Part shown: positions 36,413-48,344 of the stretch, one piece after another
Numbering within the stretch: position 1 is the stretch's first letter
Layout: every line of letters starts with the position of its first letter
From: Psilocybe cubensis
Lineage: Eukaryota
Direction: 5' to 3'
DNA length: 64,000 nucleotides
NCBI GenBank assembly: GCA_017499595.2
Contig: CM039010.1
Span: 1,674,001-1,738,000 of the forward strand
Program-made: the position numbers and the translations under genes
Notes under the pieces: model-generated
Seen by the model: the letters and a program-made list of their open reading frames with translations, nothing else
Told to the model about the DNA's origin: nothing
Databases searched by the model: none

Positions 36413-38728
36413 TCACTGGGCGGTGGAAGATCCAGAAGGACCAGGGGCGGAAGAAACGACGATTGTATCCCTTTTATTGCTATCAGGAACAATAGTAGCA
36501 TCAGTTAACTCAAGTGTATGCTGTCCGCCCAATCTCGGAGTTGATGGTGCACTTCCAAACTCACTCTCCCCAGCACCTGCATCTGCATCAGTGAAGTATT
36601 CTTCAGCATCTGTGACGCTCCCAGCTCGTGCCCTCCCGGTCAGTGACTCCTGGGCGGTTGCAAACGTGAACACGCTAGCGCGCGACTCAGATCGGACAGA
36701 CGACGCAGTAAGCTCATGGTACGACGAGGGCGGTGGTGCGGAGAGTTTGCCAAATTCCGAGACGGGTTGTGTCGCTGACGCTGCTGTCGATTTTGATGAG
36801 GATGCAGTACCCGATTTGGCCGTGTTTACATCATGCACAGCTGCTTCGGCGTCGGGGATGGCCCGTGCTTGCCCCGAGAGTGAGTTGTGATTTTTAGAGA
36901 TGGAGGACGATGGGGCATTTTGTGGGGCGGAAGGGACTGAGGCAGCGACAGGATCAGAGGAGGGAGGAGGAGGCGCTGATGCAGAAGGTATTGACGGGGA
37001 TGTCGGATCATTATTGGCGGTGCTGTTTGTGGATATTCCTGATTCACCGTTATCACCTGAAGGACTCGTGGAAGCAGCAGCAGCATCTGGTATACGGCGT
37101 GCGTTGCTCGCAGCGCGTAGCCTGGAAGGCCCTGCTGAACGAGGCGACACTAGAGCTTCTACTGAAGACTCAAAGTCCGGGGGAGGGACTAGGTCCAAGC
37201 GGGAAGAAGAGGCGTAAGCAATCGCATCAGCGCCGTAAGGGACTCCGAAACGCGCAAATGACTCCCTAGACGATATAACCTTCAATTGCTCCGCGGTAGG
37301 ACCCGACTTCGGATACGTGAACTCCGAGCGCGTTACAGTATGTGTTAAGGGTGCCGATATGGAGTTTAGGGAAATTAGAGAGGGCGAGTTGAGCCGGTTA
37401 GAGTTGAGGGTATGGTTGGACCTCTGGCGCGATATTGTGCGGAACATGTTGACGCTGAGGAGGGAACCCGATCCTGAAGGCGTTGTACGATGGTTTGAAG
37501 TCGACGTGCCAGCGTTTCCATTTGACGGGTCTGCTCCATGAGATATATTTGATGAGAAGGTCGAATTAACAGACTCGTTACGGTTGTGAGCATGATGATG
37601 ACTTGACATTGACATTCGATTTAGCAGTGTACGGAAGCCAGACCGCCTACCAGGTGTATGGTTCACGTCTGGAGGCGACGCTGCGCGTCGTGATGCCCGT
37701 GATGCAGTAGAGGGTTGCCTTGCGACTCTTGTATCCGTGATGTTATTTTGGATCTCATTTGGATCCACAACTTCATAATAAGCTGGAGCGTTGCCTCTGG
37801 GATCAGGAAGTCCGTCTGGAAGGTTACTGGTCGTGCGCATAAGGGAACTAGTCTCATGTGAACTTTGAGAACCTGCGTCAGCGCTAGGTCTGGCGCCATC
37901 TTCCCCTGGAGTAACATTTGGGAGACTCTGGAGGGAGAGATCGCCATGTAATGTATCATCTTGAAGTAATGGCATATCATGCGGTGAAGCAGGCATGGGC
38001 GAATATCGTTCTGCATTATCGTGCGAGAAGGCAGATTCATCCCGTTCTTCATCCAGGGAGGTCATTGCAACTGCCGTTGGCATCGTCGCATCCTCTGCAT
38101 CCCGGCCTCTGCATTGTCATTCAGTATTACTAAATGTAAAGACATTGTTAATTAATACCTGAATATGACCAGCTCCTCTTCGCCAGGCTCTTTATTGTAC
38201 GCGGGAAGTGAGGTAACCGACATTTGTGAAGGCGTTCTCCGAGGTCTGCGGGGCCTGCGAGTGGTCCTTGCAGCAGCAGCAGCACCACCAGCAGCTGGTA
38301 TGTCGCCGTTAATCGTTCCTGCTAGTTGCTCGGCAGTAAGCTCTCTGGGACCCGTGTTGGCTGCACCGCCTACAGGACCTCCGACGGCGGCTGCACCGGA
38401 GAACGAGAACAATCGCAAGGACCTTCGCCAGGATGTTTTGCTCCATACCAATAGCGTAAGAACGAAAATAATGATGGCAGCAACGACGACGGGAACCTTT
38501 GCATGATATAAGTGTTTGCTAGAGCAGCGAGTTTGGTTCTTGCCTCACCCATATCTTGGGAGTCATCCCCTGGCTGATTTGCTGGTCAGCTCTTTTCGAT
38601 ATTGACTCTCCAGACTGAATTGGAGTGCCAGCGACGGCAACGGCGTTACAGACCAAGAATAGGCCGAGCAACGGTGCGGTTGCACTGTGCCTGGCAAGAG
38701 GGTTCAAGAGAGTAGAAAACTGAATCAT
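36413..38728 (-). CDS. Single-pass membrane protein with long disordered Ser/Pro-rich cytoplasmic tail
   Basis: Signal-like N-terminus, KR site, TM segment VPVVVAAIIIFVLTLLVW, then RRPRRTPSQMSVTSLPAY; long terminal exon ending at 36413. Confidence 0.8.
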
Positions 38729-40018
38729 GGCAGTAGTATACAGGTCATATCGTTCGTGACGCGGTCGTGGAGAAAACATGAAGGAAGAGAAGAGGACGGA
38801 GGGCCCGAGAGGAGGGCTGTGGTTGAGTTACATTTACCTCCGAACAGAGAATCAATTAATGTAAGCGTCGCTGACATTCCATTTCAGCCACGTGGTGCTC
38901 TCTTCAGCATAAATGTTATCTTTCTTGCTTATGTCGACTACTCTAAAGCTTTCAATTCAACTCCATCAGTACTTTCAGAAGACAAGTACATGTGGTACGC
39001 CAACCAGGCTTCCACAGCTGTCTACGCCTGCCAAAGACAGTAACGCCCCTAATTCCCCACAATGTTCCCTATTCCTACGTTTTGGCATGTTGGCAAGACA
39101 GAATCTCTAGCTCTGGATGACTGGTTCGCAGGGAGGAATATGCATGGAATGGTCGGAAGAGGCGCTAGACTGGATATCACGATATTTCCAACGCCGTTTA
39201 CCCCGCCCTTGTTCCGTGTCTAATCATTTCTGCTTGCTGTTGACACTGACAAGATCAAGCCATCAGGAAAGAAAAGAGCCCTGGGGTAGCCGTCCCGACT
39301 GGTCCCTGGAACCATGGCCTACGAACAACGTAACGATTTCGAGCATCCTTGAGTAGGCAACTACTGCTCTTTTGCCTATCGTCAATCAGACTCTAGACTA
39401 TCCCGGCAAGTCCTGGCCGCTGCTCAGCGATTTGTGTCGGGCCAATTAAATAAAGAACCACCTCGGGCTGTATAGACTCAAAATATCTCCTTTTTTCATG
39501 GGAAGATACGCGTCTAATCAAGTGAGCTGCCGTCAGCTAGCGTTCGCCAATAGTACTGCTGCAAGTCGCCATGTACTATGCAAAACTGCGGTGCTAGTGG
39601 CTCCGTTCGGTGAGAGTAGCATGCAGAAGCCATAGATGAAGCTAGTGGGGTAACCATCCAGTCGAGAAGTAAGAAAGACATGCAGAGAGAAGAAATCTGT
39701 GCAAGGACTTTGTTTAGTTTTGCGGTGTTCTCGGCCCCGAGTCCGAGGCACCAAAGAAGCGCGCTGTTGATCTACCATCTTCATCACTGACGCGGGGATG
39801 ATCCACATTCACATCAAAAGTTTTTTTAAAACAGGGGCATTAGATTGGGAACTTGAGGTATAATAAAGTGTATGATACATTGAGTATGTTCCGCTATGGT
39901 ACCGCCAGGATATTGACAAGGTTGAGGTGTAGGATAGAATGAACAGCGCGAAAGCAGAATGACTGCATAACCGAGAGCATGGTTAACACAAGACAGGCTA
40001 GAAAGAAAAGCGTAAAAA

Positions 40019-42952
40019 TCAAACAAACGCAGCGAATAGCTCGTTGTGTCCCGCCATCAGACGCTCAAGTTTCTTGGTGAGCTCGACGCGACGAGTCGCG
40101 GTTTTGCGGTTTTCCTGAGCAAAGTCTTTACATATAGCGTCACCTTTTGGCCCATTGATACCCAATTGTGAGTAGAGGGTAGGGAGTAGATCTTGTGCGA
40201 GGCCGTCAACAAGCTCCGCGTCGATGGTGAGTGGGACGTAGTCGATGAAACGCTTATACGCGACTGGAGTGGGGTATAAAAATTAAATACAAGGTAGCAT
40301 ATCACTTTGACAAAGATAAAGTCTACCTTGGAAGTAAGCTCGCACAGCGGCCATGATTTCAAGAGCGGCTGCATTGCGATCATCCGCCTCTGAAGACGAC
40401 GTCGTCTTTGTCTGTGCTTCATGGTTGGCCTCAGCGACAGGTGTACTTTTTGATGATTCGGCTGGTTCGATTGGTTTGAATGAAATCGTGTTACTGGTGC
40501 CATCACCAAATACATTCGGCCTCGGAATTGTAGTACCGAAGGCCGTTGTATTTGTGCTGGGAGGTTGAGGGAATGTGATTTTCAAGGGCGCCTTTGCATT
40601 TTTGGCGTGTTCTTCGCGAGCAGATTTATACTGTGCCAGGAACTTCGCCTTGTAATCCCTATAGTAATGTGTGTTCATTGTAAAGGGCCACTTCTGTTCC
40701 AGCTTTCGCTGATATTTGACGTGTTGCTCGGCCTTTGCGTGGCAAGCGTTTATATGCGCTTGGACGATGCCCCTAATGTTAAATAATTGAATGAGAAATA
40801 GCACACTTTCAACCTCTTGAGTGCAGTATGAAATACGCACCGAATTTGTTGCTCTAATTTTCCCTGTCCGAACTGGTGGAAATGGTCACGAACCATTTGC
40901 TTTAAATGAGCGCTGACAATGTTATAGGTCGATTTGACCAAAGCATCCGAAGGCGCATCCCACTGTTTGACAATATTCTGGATATATGTCCGCACAACGA
41001 TAGGCGGCATATGGTCTGGAAGTTCGCGCGTGCGCGCCCTATAGATATCATTCAGTCCAAAGTAGACTTTCCCTGTGCATATATGACGTACTTTTTAATT
41101 CGTTCATTCACTTCGTCAAGGCAGATTTTAGGGGACGCCACGGCTTTTGAAGAGGCGAAACCCTCTCGAGTGTCCTCTTGCTCTTCACCGTGCAGAAAAT
41201 CTGCAGGCGGGAGTTTTCCATTGAGCACGCGCGTTTCAAACGGCCAGAACTCCGGCGCGGTTGCGCGTATCGCCCGTTTGAAGTTTTCTTGCTCTGGGGT
41301 GATAGATTGGATTAATCCGGAGGGTGCTCCGAGTCCAAAGCCTTCGGAAACTCCTTTTACGCTCTGCGACACGTCCTGTACAAACATGTGGAGGAGTGTC
41401 AGAATCTCGCTCCGTGGGTCGGTTGAGGGTGGGGGTGCGAGACGTGAAAGTAGTTCGCGAGTACTTGCGATCGACTTTTCTAGCTCATCTTGGATTTCGG
41501 GCATTCTGAAGGTCGCACGTTAATTAATCGAACAAGATAAACGCTATGATTAATGAAACTTGCCTGCTGGAGATCAAGTCAGATAAGACGGTACTAAGCC
41601 TCTCCACCAAGTTTTCGGTCCCAAGGTACTTCCTGTATGGTTCTTCAATTTCAGACCATGGACCAGGCTTTTTGGAGAAGAAATCTTCTTCCAACTGCCG
41701 ACTCTGTGCCCACGATAGTTTCATGTTCAGCTGGAACGAAGAAAGAAGCTTCACGCAGAACCAATTATTTTCAAGAGGCTCCCTTTCGTCACGGATGAAT
41801 GGAATCCACGACGATTCCTCGCCTTGAGGTATACGGTCAGGTTTCGTTAAGACGCCTACGAAAATGCCATATAAATATTCAGAAAGAGAAGGGGAAAATG
41901 CTATTAGTAGACATACCGACTGTACGTTTGCCTTCAGGGTCATATTGTTTAGCTAGGCGGTGGGCACCTTGGTTTTCGAAGTCGGCTGTAAACAGGTCAA
42001 ATTAGGTCTCAATTTGACGCCGGATTGAGCTTACTTTCACAGGCGACGGTCAGAAGAATGATACAACTAGGTTTCTTTATATAGGACACGACCATTTTCT
42101 CCACAAGGGCAATAGAAGAGTCTTCACCACCACGAGCAACGCTGGCGATAAGACCTGAGGACAATGGTCAGGAAAACAACAGCATCAAATGAAAGGTATG
42201 CACACACCTGGGAGGTCGCAGAATGAAAGGTCGGCGACATCTGGGCCACTTATCGAGAGCGTGATACAGTTCAGCGAGAATGCCAATTGTTTCGTAAGTT
42301 TTGTGTTGATGTCGTCCTCCCTTTCGTTCAAAAAGAATTGAAGGTCGAGTGATTGCTGTGGATTAAGAATGGCCCGCTGCGCACGACGGATGCGGTCTTC
42401 AACTTGGGACTTGTCATAGATGATGTCGCCGAACTGCTCGTTCCTCACTTGACCCAACGGTTTGCCGTTAGAGTCCGTGGTGATTCTTAAAGACACAATG
42501 CACTGCCACGGCGCGTCTGTTCGCGTAAGATGACATTCTGTGGGACAGCTGTTTGGCGTTGGGTGTGCGCCACTTGAGAATTTTTAGAAGGAGGACCAAC
42601 AAGCGACAACACGCACCGTGTGCACGTTCCAGACGCCCGTGGCAGTGTGATGCCCGAGACGGCCTCGATGAGCGACGACTTGCCGGCGCTTTGGTTGCCT
42701 ATGACGGCGATTTGTGGGAGGTCGATGTCTACCTGAACACTGCAAATAAAAATGTCAGGTCATTGAAAATTTACTTTCAGGAGAGCACACTAACCCTGTG
42801 TTGTGAAGCTTCTTCATAATGTCGAGCTTGCGGCGCATTTCGTAGTTGAGGCTCGAGGCAGACAACCCAACGCCGCTGGACTCATTGTCCCCGACGTCGT
42901 TGCTTGACTCTTCGGACATCGACATGGACTGGACGGACGAGCTCCTGGACAT
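40019..42952 (-). CDS. Dynamin-superfamily (Mx-like) GTPase, copy A
   Basis: G1 [25 protein letters not shown]2 GTCTR, G3 DLPG, G4 LTKPD; middle domain [22 protein letters not shown]; ends [10 protein letters not shown]. Confidence 0.92.
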
Positions 42953-43285
42953 AGATGGAATATGGAGGGGAAAAGTGGTTCGAGAACAAGTTGCTCAGTG
43001 GTGGCTTGTTCAGGGTTGAAAAATAAGTGTTTTTACTATGTGTTACGTTACCGTCTGCATCGAGGCGATCAAGTCAGGGACCTTGACCACCTCTTCAAGA
43101 CTTCACCACAACTACACGATGATATTAAATTAACGAGCAAATGATCATATTATAACACAAGGGAATGGTAGATTACAATGGAGATGGAGTAGTGAGTGAG
43201 AGATTACAAGTGAAAAGCAAATACACGCCAGCGGATCCAAACTCGACTATCAACCATGTGGTAAGAAAGAAGGAAAGAAAAAAGG

Positions 43286-46274
43286 TCACACAAATGCAGC
43301 GAATAACTCGTTGTGGCCCGCCTCAAGCCGCTCTAGTTTCTTCGTGAGTTCGAGTCGACGATTGGCGATCTTCGGGCTTTCTTGTGCAAATTCTTTACAA
43401 ATTTTATCGCCATTGGGACCATTGATGCAAAGTTGCGAGACGAGAGTAGGCCAAAGGTCTTCCGCGAGACCAGTTACGAGCTCCAAGTCTATGGCAGAAG
43501 AAACGTTGTCGATAAAGCGTTTGTATGCAACTATAGTTTGAAGAGTTAAAGGCACGTAATTGAATAGTCAACGGAGGCGCAGTGACTAACCTTGGAAATA
43601 GGCCCGAACGTTGGCCATAATGACAAGAGCAGGTTCCATAGGATCAGAAGAAGGGTCATTTCCTGTTGTTGAATTATCCTGAACAGGAGTAGACGACGAC
43701 GACGAGGTAGAGAAACCAGACGCATTAGGTGGAAAGTTGAAAGCAAGTTTTTCGCCAGTAGGTTTGAAGTTGCCGGAGGTTGGAGCAGAAGAAAATGTAG
43801 GTGTGGCAGGAGTGAATCCTGGGGCCGCCGAGGTAGTCCCGGTCGCCGACTTTGTCCAAGTATCTTGTTTGACATTTGTATTATTGAAGGCAAAGGAATT
43901 AGGGGTTGTGAAGGGGTGCGGAGGTGATGTCACCGAAGGACCGTCTTTCTTTGCCTTGCGTTGTTCTTCATGGGCAGATTGGTAAAGTGCAAGAAATTTC
44001 TTCTTATAATCAGTCAGGTGGTGGGGACTCAGGGTAAAGGGGCAATTTTGCTCAAGCCTCCACTGGTATTTGACACCAGCCTCAGCCCTTGCAAGGCAAG
44101 CACTTATATGCCCCTGAACAATAGCCCTGGATAGCATTGTTAGATAAGAAAAAGCATACTACAGGGTAAAGGAACCACATACCGCACTTGCTGCTCCAGT
44201 TTCCCATGGCCAAACTGCCAGAAATGATCATGGACCATCTGCTTCAGGTGTTTCACGATGATATCATGAACGGCCTTGATCAGAGCTTCCGATGGTACAT
44301 CCCACTGCTTGATAAAAGTGCGAATGTATTCTTCAATGATGTTGTAAGGAACATGACCAGGTAACTCTCTGGTGATTGCCCTACAGCAACAATTACAGTT
44401 TAATGCAAGTTGGAGAATATGTGCAACAGTGCTAGTGAAACTTACTTTGGTATCTGAGCAGACACCTCATCAATGTATATTTTCGTAGGCAAACTGTTTC
44501 TCGCGAAAGATGGTTCCATAAACTCATCCCCTTCTTCGGAAAGAAGGAAATGTGCATGGAGCAGTCTGCCAGGGTTGGTGGTGCCTTTCTCAAAAGGCCA
44601 GAATTCAGGAGCGGTCCCCCGGATGCTTCTTTTGAACTTGTGTTGTTCTGGTCGGATTGACTGAATAAGGCCAGTCAACGAATTCGAGCCAGCCAATTCG
44701 GGGACACCTTTGACATGCTGGGTTACATTCTGCACAAATGTGTGAAGGAGATTTAGAATCTCCGAACGAGGATCAGCGGAGGGTGGAGGTGGGAGACGAG
44801 AGATCTGTTCGCGGGTGTTCGCGATAGATCGTTCGAGTTCATCTTGAATTTGAGGAACTCTGAAGTAATTATGAGACTAGCTCATATATCAGTCAAAAAG
44901 GGTACACACCGCGTTGAAATGAGATCCGAAAGCACAGTGCTCAACCTCTCCACCAAATTGGTGGTTCCGAGATATTTGCGATATGGTTCTTCGACCTCAG
45001 CCCAAGGAGAAGATTTCTTGACGAAAAAATCTTCCTCCAAACGCCTGGTCTCCGCCCACGATAGTTCCATGCGGAGCTCATGAGAAGAAGGAAGTTTGAC
45101 GCAGAACCAGTTGTTCTCCAGTGGCTCCTTCTCATCGCGAATAAATGGGATCCATGAGGATTCTTCTCCCTGGGGTATGCGATCCGGCTTGGTAAGAACA
45201 CCTATATGAAACAATATTCAGGTTTGTTCAATCATTTGTACAGCAATAAACCCACCAATAGTGCGTTTTCCTTCTGGGTCATGTTTTTTGGCCAAACTAT
45301 GGGCTCCTTGGTTTTCGAAGTCGGCTGCATGATGATTAGCTTGACTGAGAAGAGTTACAAAGGTTGGACGTACTTTCGCATGCTACAGTTAAAAGAATGA
45401 TACAGCTTGGTTTCTCGATGTAAGTCTCCACCATCTTGTTGACGAGAGCAATCGAGGCGACATTGCCGCCATTGCCAACACTTGCGATTAAACCTGGTAA
45501 AGATGATAGCACTGAGTGAGCTGATGAAATAATAACGAAAGAAAGGTGCAGCACCTGGCAGATCGCAAAATGAAAGGTCCGCAACATCAGGTCCACTGAT
45601 TGAGAGCGTGATACAATTAAGAGAGAAAGACAGTTGATTATGAAGCAACCCTTTTACTGTGGGATCGTCATCAAGGAGGAATTTTTCACTGTTTATGTTT
45701 GGGTTCAAGATGGCGCGCTGCGCGCGGCGAATACGATCCTCAACCTCGGATTTGTCGTAAATAACATCACCAAACCGGACGTTCTTTGCTTGGCCCAATG
45801 GATTGCCGTTGACGTCTGTAGTTAGTCTTAAAGATACGACACATTGCCACTTCTCGTCTGTTCGAGTGAGGTGGCACTCGGTAGGGCAGCTGGGCGACAA
45901 TTAACATCAAAAATTGGGTCTGTACGAAATGTAAAAAAAAATATACCGCGTGCATGTACCCGACGCGCGTGGAAGGGTTATTCCAGAGACAGCTTCGATG
46001 AGAGACGATTTTCCGGCACTTTGATTTCCGATGACTGCAATTTGTGGGAGATCGATATCTATCTGCACACTAAAACGCGAAAAAGTTAGAAAATAACAAG
46101 TCAGGTTTACTGAAGAACTCACCCTGTGTTGTGTAGCTTTTTCATAACCTCAAACATCCTGCGCACCGCGTAGTTGAGACTTGAGTCCGATAAACCAATA
46201 CCAGTTGATTCATCTTCTTCCATCTCTTCAGAGACAGAGTGAAACGAGGGTGATTGGGGGATGATGGGTTGCAT
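43286..46274 (-). CDS. Dynamin-superfamily (Mx-like) GTPase, copy B
   Basis: Same G1-G4 motifs, matching intron positions and identical C-terminus [10 protein letters not shown] as copy A; start ATG (MQPIIPQ) inferred. Confidence 0.92.
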
Positions 46275-46727
46275 TGGAATGGGTTTGGGCGTTGGGGCGA
46301 AGAATTGGTTGTTGGAATACAAAATTGAAGCCCACTATTAAATAGTGGTACAGGTCAAGCAGGTTACATATGTGGACAAAGGTATTCATTGGGGCGCGTT
46401 GGCCTGGTTTCTTTCAGTGTCAAACGACGAACAATCCGACTAAAAGATAGAATAAGGGCAGCGAAAAGGAATTGTGGCTCTGCTTGGCACTTCGAGTTCA
46501 ATTGGGGATGGGGATTCCATAACAAAAGTCGATAGTTCAATAGAGCGTTTATTAAATGGGAGTATAGAGAGCTGGGAATTGATAAACACAAAGAAACGTA
46601 TGGAGTCAGGCTAGTCAAAGTACTCTGGTTGTTTTCACCGAAGAGAACATGACAAGAATAAACCTTTGCCGCGGTCTGTTTAAGGGCGGCCCGAATTCCC
46701 ACGGTGTCTGTCAAACGAGGCCCGCGT

Positions 46728-46986
46728 TGTGACGGGGCGCGTTATTCACACGGGTCCCGGCACACTGTCGAAGCTCAAATGACTGGATAAAGTGGTCTAT
46801 TCAAGCTCCGTCCTTCTACCTACTCTACCTACTGCTTATATACCTTACTGTAGTACATACGTCATAGATAGAATAATGAGAGAAATATCAAATACGAAAC
46901 TTGTGGAAAGCGATAGAAAACTGTGTCGCTCCGGCACGTCCATGCCGGATATGCTCGGCATTCCCTATTAGGATGCCGCCGTCACA
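46728..46986 (-). repeat. 3' LTR of gag-only element
   Basis: TGTGACGG...CCGTCACA 8-bp terminal inverted repeats; direct repeat of 53201-53459. Confidence 0.96.
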
Positions 46987-47838
46987 TACGCCCTCCAGGC
47001 ATTCCAAAGGAATGACTTATGTCGCCGCTTTCATGGGTGAACTCGATAGGGCAAGATTTCTGACACTCGATACCTTGTTTAACCAAAGAATCTGCATCAA
47101 AAAGGGATGTAGCAATTTTCTCCGGCTCGAGGTCAACATCTTCATCCTGAAGTTGGGCTGTCACGGTTTGTGCAAGTTGTGTCCACCCGCCCTCCAAATC
47201 TTCGGATACGAGGATTTGATTAACGTGTAATTCGCTCAGTTCGACATTAGTTCCTTGTGAGGCCGTAGTATCAATAGCAGAGTGGTCACTGTAACTGTAA
47301 ATATCTGTGTTCAACCCTGTGTCTGCAATGTCACACATAGCCACTTCAACTTCCATGAAATATGATCCCAAACCACTGGCAGTCTGGTCTGTTGCTCCGT
47401 GGTGCTCATTCTCGCTATTACTATCGAGCTCACGGTCACGGTTGCTTACACTCGGTGACTCGTTATATGTAGACGAGATGTTTTGGCGAACATTCCTGCA
47501 GTGACGTCCGATATGCCCAGTTTTCCCGCATCTGTAGCATTTAATTTGGGCATTTCGGACATATCCGCTAGCTTTCACATTTGAATCCTGAGGTAAAGCT
47601 AACACCTTGTCTTCCTTGTCTTGATCTGAGTCATCATCTGTTCCCCCCGATGAAAGTTGACCATGATCACTGTCACTCGGCTCGTCGTCATTATTTACAC
47701 CATAGTTGTTATCATGTGTCTTGTAGTCATATTTACCAGAAACATAGTATTGCTTATTGTATTTTATATATTGTCGTTGATTTCTTTCAATTTCATGCGC
47801 AACTTCATAGCGAGTAGCAATTCTAATGACTTCATCCC

Positions 47839-48140
47839 TGTTGGAGTTTCTCTTCTCACTTGTGTCACATGTCTTCCTCTTTCTCCACGCGTCAACCTCT
47901 GTCCATATTTGCCACTATTTGTTTCCTCGCCAGTATAGACTTGTCGTTTCTTAATTCTCGCATTCCTCAGTTGTTCACTCACTCGAACACTGAGGTATGT
48001 CGGTTTCTGTTCTCGTATACATAGCCTAGCACTGATTCACACCATTCGCACTTCTATAGATACGTCCTCTATAGGTAGTGTTCTGAATATAGTTGTTCAC
48101 TCACTCGAACACTGAGATACGTCCTCTATAGACTCGAACA
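47839..48140 (+). repeat. 5' LTR of copia element (contains intron-like segment and internal duplication)
   Basis: TGTTGGAG...CTCGAACA; no differences seen versus 51427-51728. Confidence 0.97.
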
Positions 48141-48152
48141 GGTTATGGGCCC
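48141..48152 (+). other. Primer-binding site (half tRNA-iMet type)
   Basis: GGTTATGGGCCC immediately after the 5' LTR, the motif used by Drosophila copia/Ty5-type elements. Confidence 0.85.
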
Positions 48153-48344
48153 CGCCTTCATGTAAAGGCGGATATATCTGTTTCGAAGAAATTCTGGTCT
48201 TCTTCGCTGTTCCAATAACTCACATCATACACACTGTCAATCTTTCACTGAACGTGTTCTACTCGGTTTGTATCTGGGTTAACACGCATATATCCACTGC
48301 ACTGTATCTCACACTCTGGGATATCTCTTAGTCACTGTTAAAAT

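Noticed and set aside
35905-36501. 198-aa hydrophobic ORF on the minus strand
   Set aside because: Overlaps the end and pyrimidine-rich 3' UTR of the membrane-protein gene; no family features
46920-46986. Short hairpins in the gag-only LTR (CCGGCA...TGCCGG; GGCATTCC...GGATGCC)
   Set aside because: Real but ordinary LTR secondary structure; no evidence for a separate RNA gene
47969-48131. Repeat-spacer-repeat pattern resembling a mini CRISPR
   Set aside because: Eukaryotic LTR; only two units; explained by an intron plus its spliced copy
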